Below, piece after piece: positions 37,837 through 51,737 of a DNA stretch of 64,000 nucleotides (positions are counted from its first letter, which is position 1; every line of letters begins with the position of its first letter). The notes under the pieces were generated by a model. It made no database searches. It was not told the origin of the DNA and worked only from the letters and a program-made list of their open reading frames with translations. The DNA lies in NCBI GenBank assembly GCA_021613535.1, contig CP075495.1, positions 12,462,001 through 12,526,000 on the forward strand, in the 5' to 3' direction. Source of the DNA: Adineta vaga (lineage: Eukaryota > Animalia > Rotifera). A program made the translations under genes and the position numbers.

Positions 37837-39777
37837 ATGTTTCCTGGATTTATCCAAGCAGCAATTTTAACCGCTGTGGTTATTCTTGCTCAAACAACTA
37901 AACAAATTCGATGTGACGATTCATCAGCAAATGCTGACGACAGCCATGTTCTTACACTTACTAAAGATACATTCGATGATGCAGTTAAAAATAACAAATA
38001 TTTACTTGTTAAATTTGTTGCACCTTGGTAATTATCATTTGAAAAAATTATCTTATCCATAAGTGAATCCTTTTTCTAGGTGTGGTCATTGCAAATCGTT
38101 AACACCAGCTTATGCCGCAGCTGCTAAACTATTGGCAGCAGCTGGTAGTGAAGTTAAATTAGGTAGTGTTGATGCTACTATTGAACAAGATCTTGCCAAA
38201 CGATTTGAAGTTCGTGGTTATCCAACCTTGAAATTCTTTAGTGATGGTACAACACTTGAATATACTGGCGGTCGTTCACAAGATGAAATCGTTAGTTGGT
38301 TGAAAAAGAAAACTGGACCACCAGCTGATGATTTAAAAACAGTTGATGATCTCAACAAATTAAAGGAAGCCGGTGATGTTGTTGTTATTGGTGCATTCAA
38401 GGTAACTGGTTCATTTTTTGCATTACATTGCCAATAAGTTTCAATTCAAAAATAGGATACCGATGGTGCTGCTGCTGCTGCATTCCTTCAAGTTGCCAAG
38501 ACTGTCGATGGTATTCCATTTGGTATTACATCAAACAAAGATGTTCTCAAAGAACTTGAAGTTTCCTCAGATGCCATTGTTCTTTTGAAAAAAGTATAGT
38601 TGATTCTTATGCGTAATTTCGTTTTTTTAATGCGTCTTTTTTGTATACTCTTTCAGTTCGATGAAGGTCGTAATGAACTTACATCATCAATCGATGAGAG
38701 TTCTATTCGTGAATTTATTCAAACCAATCAACTTCCACTTGTTGTTGAATTCAATTCACAAGTAAATGAAAAGTTTTTGTTTGAAAAAGCGACAAAATTT
38801 CATATTTTCTAGACAGCTCAAAAGATCTTTGGCGGTGAAATTAAAGTTCATACACTCTTATTTGGTAGCAAGAAGAGCAGTGATTATGAAAAACTTCGAG
38901 GAGAATTTCAAACAGCTGCTAAAGAATTCCGTGGCAAAGTAAAGTGTTCAATGGTGAATTTGAGATAAAAAATGTTTCAATTTTTTCTTGTAGACACTTT
39001 TCGTTATGGTCGATAGTGACGAGGAAGAAAATGAACGTGTCCTTGAATTCTTCGGTCTTAAATCAGCCGAAGTTCCAGCTGTTCGTTTAATCACCTTGAA
39101 AGATGAAATGAGCAAATTTAAACCTGAATCATCCGAAATCACATCCAGTGTTCTCACAAGCTTTGTTAAGGAATTTTTTGATGGCAAACTCAAACCACAT
39201 TTACTTTCTCAAGAAATTCCTGAAGATTGGGATAAAACACCAGTTAAAGTTTTAGTCGGCAAAAATTTTCATTCAGTTGCAAATGATAACACAAAAACTG
39301 TTCTTGTTGCTTTTGTTGCTCCATGGTAAGAATATCAAATTATATGTGTTGGATATCTTAATAAATATGATCTATTTACAGGTGCGGACATTGCAAACAA
39401 TTAACACCAATTTATGAACAATTAGGTGAACAATATAAAGATAATGACAATGTTGTCATCGCTAAAATGGATGCTACTGCTAACGAACTCGAAGATGTCA
39501 AAGTTCAAAGCTTTCCAACAATTAAACTTTTCCCAAAAAATTCCGAAGAAGTTATTGACTATCAAGGTGCACGAACAGTTGAAGCTCTTGCCAAATTTAT
39601 TGATTCAGATGGTCAAGATAGTGGAAAAGCCGCTGCTGATGAGGTAAATGAGAAAAACAAAATTAGTCATACGTTGTTTTAAACCTTGGAATTGTTTTTT
39701 TCTTGTAGCATGCCGAACAACATGAAGAAGGTGAGGAAGGTGAAGAAGAAGAAGAACCAGTTCATGAAGATCTCTAA
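37837..39777 (+). CDS. P4HB: Protein disulfide-isomerase (P4HB/PDIA1), multi-exon
   Basis: Signal peptide, two FVAPW|CGHCK sites, [18 protein letters not shown], acidic tail ending HEDL*. Confidence 0.96.
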
Positions 39778-41476
39778 ACAAAGCAATCTATCAGTTGACT
39801 TTGAAGAATATTAAGTGAACAAATCTTCGTACAACATAGTATTTAAACTTTTCTAATATTATATTTTACGAAAATGTTTACTTATATTCTACTAGTATCT
39901 TTACTTCTATGTTTCGTTTTGTGTCTGTTTTATTAACTGTCATTTTAAATTGTTTTTTTTTCCTGTTCTTGTTAAAGACCTCTAACAAGTTGTCAGTATC
40001 ACAGAGCCTCTAAGTAAATCAAAGAACGAAAACTTTGACTTTGTGTTCTACTAACATTTTCATTTCATGTACTCACGTTCTTTTTATTTCTCATCAGTTT
40101 TTTTTATCTATAGAGCAGCAGAACAGGGTTTTGAAGAAAGCAGCCATAATTATTGCAATCACTTATATCAGTCTATGGAGCCATAAGGATGTTGTATCTT
40201 TCCGGTTATTGATTACTTTTTTTGTTTCTTGTTTTTTAATCCGTTATAAATACACATGTGCGTATTTGTGTTTACATGTGAAAGAAAAACTATAAAAACA
40301 ATTTATTGGCAAAAAAAGTTTATTTACTCAGGAATTATTATCATTCAAAATGTAGAAAAACAATTTGTGCTGAAACAAAAAGATTCGGAAAATGATCGCT
40401 GCTAGATAAAAATAAATGATGAAAATAAAAAATTGATTCAAAATATTCAATGAAAGGTTAGCCATCGGAAGCATAGCGTCGTAGTTTACTTGAATGATAA
40501 ATTTTATATTACCATTGATATTCTTGTACAATGGTAAACATTCATTTTGTCTACTTGAAAATTTCATCGATGAATAGATATGTATATCAGATAACTAATG
40601 ATATCGAAGACAACGTCTTATAATCTCTGTATAATGATATAAATTTTGAGACTGAACATATCTTCTTTGTTAACAATGCAAGGATGAATTAATTATTTCA
40701 AGTAAAATAAATATTTGTTGAATTTTCTTATAGTTGAGAAAATGAATTACTTTCAAATATTGCTTCAAATCATCAGAATAGATGAAATTTTTCTCCTCAG
40801 TCGTTGATTTGTCGTAGTATAAAACGACGATTAGTTCGTGTTGTGTTATGTCATCATAACTCTTCTCTTCATTGACTTCAATATCATATCTTATCTTTCA
40901 CTAGTCATGCTCAATTAGACTCCAGTTCATATTCAATTTCTTTGTCTTCAACATAGATTGATATTTAGTAAGTTGAGTGACTAGTTTCAAGTAAAGATTT
41001 CCATGAAAATAAATTAGATAAATAGCAATGGCACATATCGAATGAAATACGATCACGTAAAACAATGAATCCAGCAGGTGTATGATATAATATCATTTGA
41101 AGTGACTCGAAATATAAGATGATGGTATCCAATCACTTCATGCTTCAACAAAATCACTAGTCTTGGAAAAAATAAAAGTTATTAGTTGAACATATCAACT
41201 ACAGCAATCGATCACCCATAAGTTCATTCACTTGCGATGATACTGACTCAATTGGTTTACATTAGTAATATGTCAAGTGAAATAGAAGCACTCAAAGAAG
41301 AGTTTCGTCATCTAACGATTATGGTGAGATATCATTGCATATTCAATGGTCAGAAGTAAAAACAACAATATGTATTCATTATTAATTCATAATTTTAATA
41401 AAAAAACGTAATCATTAAAAACAATCAATAGAAAAACGAAGCATTCATAAAAAAGAAAATTAAAAAGATTTGCATT

Positions 41477-43345
41477 CTATCGTTGATGTGTTCCATGTAC
41501 TGATAGAAAATATGGTTCTTCATGCAAAATGACGAATCGACCATCGGCAAGGAAACAAATGTTAGTTGGTTTTGTACGTTGACTTACAACTGTTGTGACT
41601 TCTCCATCACGACCATGATTCAAATCAATAGCTTTTAGATGATTTTGTTGACCATTAAGATAAATAAAATTTCCTTGTTGAATAGTAGGTTCTATTCGTA
41701 CATAACTTCGATTGATATGCTGTGGTTTGTCCAAAACAAAATCACTATGAAATTTTCTTGTTTGACGATGAATAGTTTGTAAACATATATCATCATTATC
41801 ACCGACATAAACAACAACTAAATATTCGCCATCACAAGCAACATCCAATAGTTGATAAGCTGTATCTTGTGAAAGAGTTCGTGGATCATATAAAACGATT
41901 TTAGTTCTTGTGAATTGTAAGTTCATATATGATTCATTAAATTCAAATTCAAGAAGATAATTATTACCTAATATGCAATAAACAAATCGATGAAAACAAT
42001 ATATACGACGTAAAGGTAAATCTTTCGATAATTTGCCTAGATCATAGATAGATAATTGACGACGATTAAATGAATAAATATGACTGCTATCCCAAGTTGA
42101 AATTAAATATTCATCATTATCATGGGAATACGTTATATCAGAGATATTCGCAGAAAATTCTTCGGGCCAATTTAAATAAAATCGATGACGACATGTTTGA
42201 TGTTTTCCATGTTGTAAAATAATAAGAACTTTCAATTCTGAATTGTAAACAACTAATTCATTTTGTTGTGCAGAACTGGCCATACAATTGAATTGTGTTG
42301 TACATTTTTGAAACATAATTGTTGAATAATCAATTTGATTTAAATGTTTTAAGTTGAAAACACTAGCAGAACTAGATGTTTGTTCTTGGTCATTATTAGA
42401 TAATAATGTTAAATGCTGTTGATGATTATTTTCATTTTCAATAAGAATCTTATAGGCACGTACCAGTTTTTCATTCTCATCTATTACATTAGAAGGCTGT
42501 TGATATTGTCGTTGTTGTTCTTCATTGTGTGGAATTTGTATGGAATCAATAGAATATTCAATTATTTCGTTATTTTCATCGGAACATTCACGATTTTTAT
42601 TGACAAGAACAGGTATAAAAGTAGCATTTAATCCGATATACAATTGAGTAGTACTTTTCGGTATATGAGCATCATCGTCATCATCATTGGTAACTATTGT
42701 TGTTCTCGATGGTAGTTTAGTTACTGTTGATTTTCTTTCCGTAGAATAAATTATTGGCCGTGAAATTGGTTCTTGTTTATCCGTATACTGTCGTGTTGTA
42801 TCTTTTTCAGGTTCTTTCAATATTGTTATTTCGGTTGTTGCTGTTAGTGGCGATGTTCCCGTACTAAAACTTAATCGTCTAACTGGTCGAATGGTTGGTT
42901 TCAATGGTATGATCGCTGATGAGGGTACAACACTACGATATGGTACATATTCAATTTGAATTTTTTCAGTTATTTCATTATTCGAAAATTCTTCTGTATT
43001 TATTCTTAGACGTTTTTCAATTGTATTGCATTGACAATAAACATTAAATTCTTCGAGTTGATCATTTAAATCTGATGAATGAGAATTTTCTCGTAATTTT
43101 TCTTCTAATTCACTATATTTGTCGTTGAATTCATTCGAATATTGTCTGTACAATTCATCTAATTCCCTACGTTTTTTCGCAAGGACTTCTTGTATTAATT
43201 CATTGTTATTGTAATACCAGCGATCTAATGTTTGATGAAGCTGATCAATATATCTTTTATTATTTGTTTCTGCCATTTGTGATCGAAAATTTTCTTTGAA
43301 ACGTTGAGTTACTTGATTGAACTTTTCTGTACTATCGTCTTCCAT
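41477..43345 (-). CDS. Intronless 622 aa protein: N-terminal coiled coil, low-complexity linker, probable C-terminal beta-propeller
   Basis: Long open ORF in AT-rich DNA. LDRWYY..IQEVLAKKRREL helical region. C-terminal repeated short beta-strand pattern (ISDITYS..YLIST, PTNICFL.DGRFVI). Confidence 0.7.
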   Translation of the reverse strand: MEDDSTEKFNQVTQRFKENFRSQMAETNNKRYIDQLHQTLDRWYYNNNELIQEVLAKKRRELDELYRQYSNEFNDKYSELEEKLRENSHSSDLNDQLEEFNVYCQCNTIEKRLRINTEEFSNNEITEKIQIEYVPYRSVVPSSAIIPLKPTIRPVRRLSFSTGTSPLTATTEITILKEPEKDTTRQYTDKQEPISRPIIYSTERKSTVTKLPSRTTIVTNDDDDDAHIPKSTTQLYIGLNATFIPVLVNKNRECSDENNEIIEYSIDSIQIPHNEEQQRQYQQPSNVIDENEKLVRAYKILIENENNHQQHLTLLSNNDQEQTSSSASVFNLKHLNQIDYSTIMFQKCTTQFNCMASSAQQNELVVYNSELKVLIILQHGKHQTCRHRFYLNWPEEFSANISDITYSHDNDEYLISTWDSSHIYSFNRRQLSIYDLGKLSKDLPLRRIYCFHRFVYCILGNNYLLEFEFNESYMNLQFTRTKIVLYDPRTLSQDTAYQLLDVACDGEYLVVVYVGDNDDICLQTIHRQTRKFHSDFVLDKPQHINRSYVRIEPTIQQGNFIYLNGQQNHLKAIDLNHGRDGEVTTVVSQRTKPTNICFLADGRFVILHEEPYFLSVHGTHQR

Positions 43346-44135
43346 TTTTATTTTATTGTCTTCTTTTTAATAAAAATGATGATAACCACACCAGTATCAG
43401 CAAAAGAATGAAAACTTTGTGTGTGAAAGCTCTTACCACAAATATATAGATATGTGATGTATCTCTAAGCGTTTTTTTTGCAAGAAAAAGAGAGACTAGA
43501 GATAAGAAATCTGTAATTTCTTTGTTGTGTGGAAGAAAGACATTGTGTACTGAAGATTAATCTAAATAATAAATAATTTTTCTCCTTGACATTTTTTAGC
43601 AATTTTCATTTTGTTGATAGTAGTTCTATTCAAAAATACACATTCAACAAATCATCATTACATCGATTTGTATCATTTTGTAAATAGTACAATCATTTTT
43701 ATGCACTGTTAAAGAAATGAGTAAATAACGTTGTTAGATGAGAAGAAAAAAATCCAGAAAAGTAATTATTGTTGAAATTCGAAAGTATTTGCTTGGGCAA
43801 TAAACCATAAAACGTCGAGAATTTTGAATGAAATGAACAGAAATGATGAAATATCGAAAAAGAAATATCAACATTCGTTGATTGCAAATTATTATCTTGT
43901 TGCATTTGTTTTTCTTGTTACTTAAAAATATATAAATATAGATGAATTTAGATATATGTCAATATAGTTCTTCAAAATGATTGAAAACTAATATTAATTA
44001 TTTATTTTGAATTAAAACAAACATTTATTTAAATATAATAGAGTATGACATATTTTCTACCCTGGAAATAATCAACATTCAAAATGTACAGGTTTTCATC
44101 GAATTACTGTACGTAATAGTGTGTCATTGATAATT

Positions 44136-44471
44136 CTACAAGATTTCATTTCCAATATAGAGGAAATTTGAAAAGAATTTCGCAAATTTGTGATATTCAT
44201 TTTCAGCTATAAAACGATTTTTATCTAATAAGTTTTCATATCGATCAAAGTCACTGGGATGATGAATAATAAAAGAATTTATTCGATACATATATTTATC
44301 ATATATTTCAATTGGTATCAAACGATTCCAATGAATATATTCTTGAATTTGTCGATCAAAGATTGATTGTAATAATAAAGTTTTACAAGAATCTGATTTA
44401 TTTATGATTAATTCAAGATCTTGATCATATAGAGCAAGACGTTCACCGATTAATCGCTCTCGTATTGACAT
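44136..44471 (-). other. Short ORF of unknown status
   Basis: ~111 codons from MSIRERL with a protein-like composition. No recognised motif; may be a gene fragment. Confidence 0.3.
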
Positions 44472-45029
44472 TAATTTTCGTTTATTTATAGATATTCTAT
44501 TGAATGTGCACAAGCGAAGAAATGATTTTTGAATAAACATTGAAACTTGATAAAACAAGAACTGACAAAGCGCTCACTTAAATAACAATAATAATAATCA
44601 CTTATATCGACAAAAAATATCTGACAAAAAAAAATACTCGATTATTCGTGAATACAAATGCTGACATAATAAAATAGTGAAAGAATATTGTCGAAATTAT
44701 GTATTATTCTCATGTTTCATTTCTTGAGAAAGACTTTGGTTGTCACCTGGGTTACCTAAAACAAATAAAATAAAACTTACTCATATTCATCTGATAGAAT
44801 ACAAAAAAGAACTTTCTAACCTGTATCTATTTTGAACTGGTTAAAGTGAAAATTTCATCTCGATACAGAAAATACTGCATTTTCTCATTTGGAACGCCCG
44901 CTTATGACGTTTTATTATTTTCACAAAAAGTCATTCACTAATGAAAGTCAGATATAGTCTCGTGCTTTTACAGTATTATATTGCATAGTAACAGTTATAT
45001 GTCATGTTTCTATCAACATTGAAGAATTA

Positions 45030-45882
45030 TAATTTTACAAGCTTTGAAAAAACCCTGATCGAATCGGATGAATTTTTGTTTTATTCATTGATATTTACCT
45101 GATTGTGTACGCTCAACATTGTCTTCTATCGATTCTGAAGCTAAGTTCATTTGATTGATAAATGCAAGGTATTTCTGATAGCATTGTTTATGAGATTCCG
45201 ACATAGCATGAGATTCCAATAGACCGCGTCTTTGACATACGATCATATCTTCATCAGACTTTATCGATGATCCTGCTGAACGTTTTTTCTTTTGTCCACG
45301 TGATCCTAAACACTTCCGCCAATTCTTGATACCTATAAGATAATCAAGATAAAATCAAATGATTTTGATATATATATAGCAACAACCTACCGTCACGTGA
45401 AAAGGCACGATTTCGATTCGATTCAGCAAATAAACGACAATAGAAACAATAAGCACGACCAGTTATTAATGAATATTCAAGCCATTTAGAAAAACGTGGA
45501 TCATCAAACCATTTTGCACGAAATCGTCCATTTCCTTTTCCATTATTTGTATTTCTTACATTTGTTATAAATTGATCTTCATTATCATGCGGTTGATGTG
45601 GTCCATATTGTATTAATAACCATCGAAGTTCATCATTCAAATGTTCTGTTGTTTTAGTTGCTGCTGGATCTCGATCAAATGTTATTAATGATGATGTATT
45701 CAATGCCGAACATCGTGAATTGGTGACATAATACGTCGTGATCTTATTGTTGATGGCCGAATCGATGATAGATCATCAACAGATGTAATAAATGAATCAA
45801 TCACTGAGTCTAAATTAGAACGATATTCATCTATGAATGATGGAACATGTGTAGCCAATTGAAATGCATCGTTAATACTCAT
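45030..45882 (-). pseudogene. hAT-transposase-derived TTF-type zinc finger (ZMYM1-like) fragment with introns and a frameshift
   Basis: GPHQP..RFRAKWFD..WLEYS..RAYCFYCRLF..AF..G|IKNWRK..LESHAMSESHKQC. Frameshift near 45705. No DDE catalytic domain follows. Confidence 0.75.
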
Positions 45883-46470
45883 ATTGTCAATAAAGAATAG
45901 ATAAGTTTTGCTTAGTTACGAAGAAATGTACCGAAATATTTCTTTCTTAAACACTTATTTCAGCAGAATATCTGGGTATTCCTTTTCCTTTCTTTGAGTA
46001 AAGGACTAGAGAAGAGGAGAGAAAATTCTCATCATTTCAATGGCTTGAGATCTAAACTAATCAGAAAAACATGTAGAATTTCAAGTATGCACGACCTCTA
46101 TTGAATATAATAAATAGATAATGTTGTCTTTTTTTTTCTTTCTTTCGTCTTCTTGTTTTTTTTAATGATTCAGTTTTTTTACTATCACTACTATCATATA
46201 ATTGTTTTCTTTTTTTTTACAGCGTACTGTGAGTGTAGGAGAACAAAATAAAGCAACCCATAATATGTATGCTAGAAAAGAACAGAACAAATCTTTATAA
46301 GTTCTTTCTTTTTGACGTGTTCTTTTTTTTTTCGTTACTACGTAATTCATTTGATAAGAAATAAAGTACTGGCAGTAATGACGAATGTTTTGTATGGTCC
46401 GATTCTGGGATGAATATGTCTCGATATAAGAGATGACTCATAAAAGACTTCTCTTGTTTATTTCAGATCA

Positions 46471-49400
46471 ATGTTGGCTTCATCATCAAAGCTGAGACAC
46501 GCTAGCACCGTTGTAAGTTAGTCAAAGCATGCACTTTCATTTCTTTTAGACAGATTCAAATCTTTATTTTTCTACTTTTCTTTTTCAATGATTAAAATAT
46601 TTCATTTTCATTTTCATTACTTTACTTCTATTCTCCTCTGCCACCTTCACTTCTATTACTATTCATTATCAATTTTGTCAATAGACTAAATATTGATATT
46701 TGATATGCATATATATATATACACACACGCACGCATGCATCAAAGATGATATTGATTTATCTTCATCTATATTAAGATCGACATTTTATTATTTTCGTTG
46801 TCTTCTGTTTTCTAGCATCGTTATCCACCAGCGAAACTTTATTCAGAAGAAGAAATGACATATATCACCTATTCATCAGTATGTATCAATAACATAAGTT
46901 TTTTGATCATCATTAGATATGATTATATTTAATTAGGATGAGAAAGACATCAAATCAATGAATTATAGCACTGAAAATGATTATAGAAACGACAATGAAA
47001 ATCTACAAAATGAAGAATTTGAAGAAACACCTTTATATGCTGCTATTTTAACTTATTTAAGTTATACAATACTTTGTGTATTTGGATGGTTACGAGATTT
47101 TCTTCGTGATTCAAATATTGAAAAAAAACGTGGTGCTGTTGATCCCAATGCAACATTAGTATGTTCAAATTTTATTTTAAATATACTATATCCTTACTGT
47201 TGTGTAATTTAGGGGTTTGTACCTTTGTATCAAAGTTACGAATCATTCTATACTCGAAATATGTACACACGTGTACGCGATATTTTTAATCGACCCATTG
47301 CAAGCGTACCAGGTGCACAATTCGAATTAACTGAACGTGTTTCAGACGATTACAATTGGACTTATAGGTAGAGATTTTCACGAAGATATTCTAAAGTTCA
47401 CATTTAATCAAAATCTTTTTGTTTTTCTCTTTTAAAATTGAAGATATACTGGCAAAACAATTAGTGCAATCAATTTAGGTTCATATAATTATCTAGGTTT
47501 CGCTGAAAAATCAGGTACATGTGCAACCGATGCTATTAATGCACTGAAAACATTCGGTGTCGGTAATTGTAATACAAGAATTGAATTAGGTAAGTTTGAG
47601 CACGCACTCACCGAACAGGTTGATAAAAAGGTGTTTATATTTTTTTCTTTTCTTCTGTTCTTGTCATGATGATATATGAAAAATACGTACACATATAAAA
47701 CCTTATCATACTTGATAGTAGAATTAATCATATACTTATTTTATTACGTTTGTTTGATTATTTTTCAGTGTATCGATAAGTAAAGGTGTCTGCATATCGT
47801 CACAAGAGTCTATCGAGATCAAGGTTGAAAATGTAAATAAATGTTATTGACACACGAAAAATGTTGACCTTTGTTCTTTTGATGTATTGAATAAGAGGTG
47901 AAAAAGACATTCGAAATTCTATTTGTCAGTGTCAATAACCTTTGAAACAGTAGAAAAGAATTAGTAATTGAATTATTTTATACTATTTTACACATGACAT
48001 GTAAATATTATTTTTTCTTCTTCTTCTTCAAGGAACACAGAGATATCATGTTGAACTTGAAGAGCTTGTTGCCAATTTTCTTCATGTCGAAAGTTCAATT
48101 GTTTTTGGAATGGTTTGTTAGAATTCTTATTGATAAACAAGGGAAAACTTACTGTTTTCATTTACATATAGGGTTTCGCTACAAATGCTCTTAATTTACC
48201 TGCTGTGGCATCAAAAGTATGTTCGAGTTTAACCTATATTTATGATGTTATATTTTTTTATATTTTCTGTTTAGGGAGATTTAATCTTAAGTGATGAGAT
48301 GAACCATGTTTCATTGATCTTAGGTATGCGTTTGTCAGGTGCTACGTATCAAACATTCGCACATAATGGTAAGTGTTTAAGAAATTGATTATCTTCTTTT
48401 CTTATTTTGTATTTATTTCTATAAAGATATGAAAGATTTGGAAGCAAAACTACGAGCAGCTATTGTTCACGGCCATCTACGTACACAACGACCATGGAAA
48501 AAAATCATTATTGTCGTTGAAGGTGTTTACAGGTTAGTAAAATGATAAGTTTAAATACGAAGTTCTTTTCAATATAAATCCTATTATAGTGACTAACAGT
48601 AGTTTTATAGGTGGGTAGGCTATTGAATGAATTTCTTATATTAAATAACAAAGAAAATTCCGACATATTTGACAAAATAGACATGATTTGTTTTGGACAA
48701 AAACTAGTTTTATACCATGAAATTAAACATATTTGTTCATTCTATTTTTAAATTTTATTTTAGTATGGAAGGTTCCATTTGTCGATTACCAGAATTAATT
48801 GAATTAAAAAAAAAATACAAAGCTTATTTATACATGGATGAAGCACATTCTATTGGTGCTATGGGCAAACATGGTCGTGGAGTTGTGGATTATTTTGGTG
48901 TGGATGCAAGAGATGTTGATATCCTTATGGGCACATTTACAAAAAGTTTCGGATCAGCTGGTGGATACATTGCAGGCAAAAAGGTAAAGAGAATTCCGAT
49001 TCACTTCTTAGACAATCAAATCAATCACCATCTTTGACTTCTATTAAGTAAATAAGTGATCTTATTGTTAGTGTCATATTTGAAAAACAAACATACTAAA
49101 AGTTTGAGTGTCTGGAAAAAGTATTTTATCTTAGATAATATGTTCGATTAAGTTGACATTCGAAATAATATCTATAAATAATTTGAAGAACATGCTCATA
49201 AATTTCGTTTTTCTTTACATTTTAGTCGTTAATTGACCATATTCGGGTGAATTCACATGCACATACTTATGCATCGAGTATGTCAGCTCCAGTGGTTCAA
49301 CAAATTATGTCTTCATTGCGACTTTTGAAATGTCCAGAAGGTATATCGAAAACGTATTGAATAAAAGAAAGATAAATTCAGTCTTTTTTTTTCATAGGCC

Positions 49401-49800
49401 AAAAGCGTATCTGTCAATTAGCTGACAATACGCGTTATTTTCGACAAAAACTAGTCGATATGGGTTTTATTGTCTTTGGTAATAAGAATTCTCCAGTAGT
49501 TCCTATGTTAATTTATATGCCTGCGCGAGTTACACGTTTTAATCGTGAAATGCTTCGCCGTGGTATTGCTGTTGTTACTGTTGGTTTTCCAGCAACTAAA
49601 TTGTTAGATGCTCGTGTACGATTTTGTATATCAGCAGCACATACACGACAAATGCTTGATACTGTAAGTTAAACAATCAAAATCTATTTCGTTTGCTATG
49701 TTTATTATCATAGGCTTTAATGGCAATAGATGAAATTGGTACAGATATATCATTACGCTATTCAACTCGGCATAAATCTCGTCGATTACGAGAGTTGTGA
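46471..49800 (+). CDS. SPTLC2: Serine palmitoyltransferase long-chain base subunit 2, multi-exon
   Basis: [72 protein letters not shown]-lysine motif [14 protein letters not shown]. Confidence 0.96.
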
Positions 49801-50689
49801 ATAAATAAAATCAATTTGGCAATTTCAATATCAAGAGTTATTCTTTCAGATATACGATGATGATGATATTTTATCCTTCTTTGTTTTGTCTATTTTCTTT
49901 TCTGTGTATTTCATTCCATTCAATATTGACATCGTATGAGAAAAAAAAAGAAACAAAATTGCATAATATTTTGTTTGTTTTTTTAATTTCGTTCTTTCGT
50001 TTTTTTTTCGGTAATTGATCTTCACAAAATACAAAGGATTCTCTTTTTCTGCTTGTTGTTATTATAAGAAATTTATTTTTTTTTGTTTGTTTCGTTTCGT
50101 TTCAGTACATCTTTCTCTATATGTTCGTTGCGTTTGTCATTCATTGATTATCAAGATGATAATCATCAGTGATGTGCTTTTCATGCATTTTTTTTCCTTT
50201 TTATTTTCAGTTCGGATTTGTTTTATGTACTATCGCAAATGAGAGATTTCTTTTCGTCGGTTTGTTTTTGTTATAATGAGTCATTATAATTGTTTCGTGT
50301 GAATTATCAATTGAGCTCCTGTCCATTCAGCTCCCTTGAATGGTGCCTTTCTCTCTAATAGATCCTCTTCATCATAAGTGCAACATTTGTCCATTGATTT
50401 CTCTTTTTCTTCGTCTCTATCTTTCATTCAAGCCGATATATTTCCGGTAAACAAAATTCTTTAACAAGAAAATTGAACATCAAATTCTTCTTTTTTTCTT
50501 TCTTTTCAATTGACCATTGTCTATAACTTTTGCTTCTTTCTTTGCTGGTTTTTTATAAACGAGTATTTTATTTATTGGCTTTCTTTTTCCCTTGTTGTTT
50601 CTCGCACAAAATTTTTTTAAGAAAAAAAAACCCAACTTAATAGAATTAATAATAAGAATAATAAACACATTTTATAAATATACAAATGT

Positions 50690-51537
50690 TTATTCATTGG
50701 GTTGTTTTCTCATATTAATCAGTATATCTAAATATTGTAATAATGTTACCGATGGTGTATATTCCGAATCTTTTTTATCCTTCAATGATCGAATCCGAAG
50801 ACTTAATTGTTCAGTAAGCAGTTTTTGTATCATTTGTTTTGACATATTGAGAAATGATTGAAGAAATTCTTGAATTAAACAATACCCATCACGAATTTCA
50901 TCCATAGGAACATACGCAACCTAAATATATACAGTTAAATATGAATCGAAGAAGTTTATTTGTTTGAATTTTATCTACTTCAAGAACTAAACCTTTGGTT
51001 GTATGTGATTGATTAACAGTACCAAGATTAATAACAAAATCTTGATATTCTAAACGTGTTCCACGTGCTTCCATTTTAGGTAATCTTAATTCAAATGCAC
51101 GTAAAGTTTTTAATTTATTCATTAAAGCAATAAATGTATTATCAGCAACCAATATTTGACAATTCGAATGTTCAGCAAATGCGAACGATGATGCTGGATA
51201 CTCGGAATGAGATAATACGTGTACTGTTTTGGAGTTAGTAATTACTAAAAGAAAGAAAAAAAACAGACATAGGTGATAGATGACAAGACACTATTTGTTG
51301 AAGAAAAAGTAACGAACATGGACTATAGCTGAGTAGATCAACTTGAAATGGACGAGTTTTTTTTGCGCCACCTTTTTCTAATTTCTCTAAATAATATTCA
51401 GCTGCTTCAGCTGGTGATTTAAATGAACCACTTTGAAGTTGAATAACACTAAATAGATCAAAATTAGAACATTTTTTATATTTTGAAAGATCGCATATCT
51501 TCTAACAATTCAATTTAACTTACACTGCAACAACCAT
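50690..51537 (-). CDS. MED20: Mediator complex subunit 20, multi-exon
   Basis: GAKK..FQVD, VHVLSHSEYPASSF, LVADNTF..LM.KL, KMEARGTRLEYQDFVINLGTV, KGLVLEV.Y.P, LIQEFLQSFL. Confidence 0.9.
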
Positions 51538-51737
51538 ATTTGAGCAATAATAAAAGAAAATAAATTATGTATTGATCAGATCTAAAATAAAAGTTAGAAA
51601 TCATTATCGACCACAAAATTCTTTATCATTTGATGTTCTTAATAGATATAGCATTGAAAAATCAGCAAAATTAAAAAAGAGAAACAAAATCAAATCTGTT
51701 GAGTACTAATCGAAAACGATACTATAACAAATAGTTC

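Noticed and set aside
50286-50426. 47-codon minus-strand ORF (MKDRDEE...) overlapping a small hairpin CCATTCA-N7-TGAATGG
   Set aside because: Lies in convergent 3'UTRs. No recognisable protein motif, and it does not fit SECIS, snoRNA or miRNA consensus convincingly.
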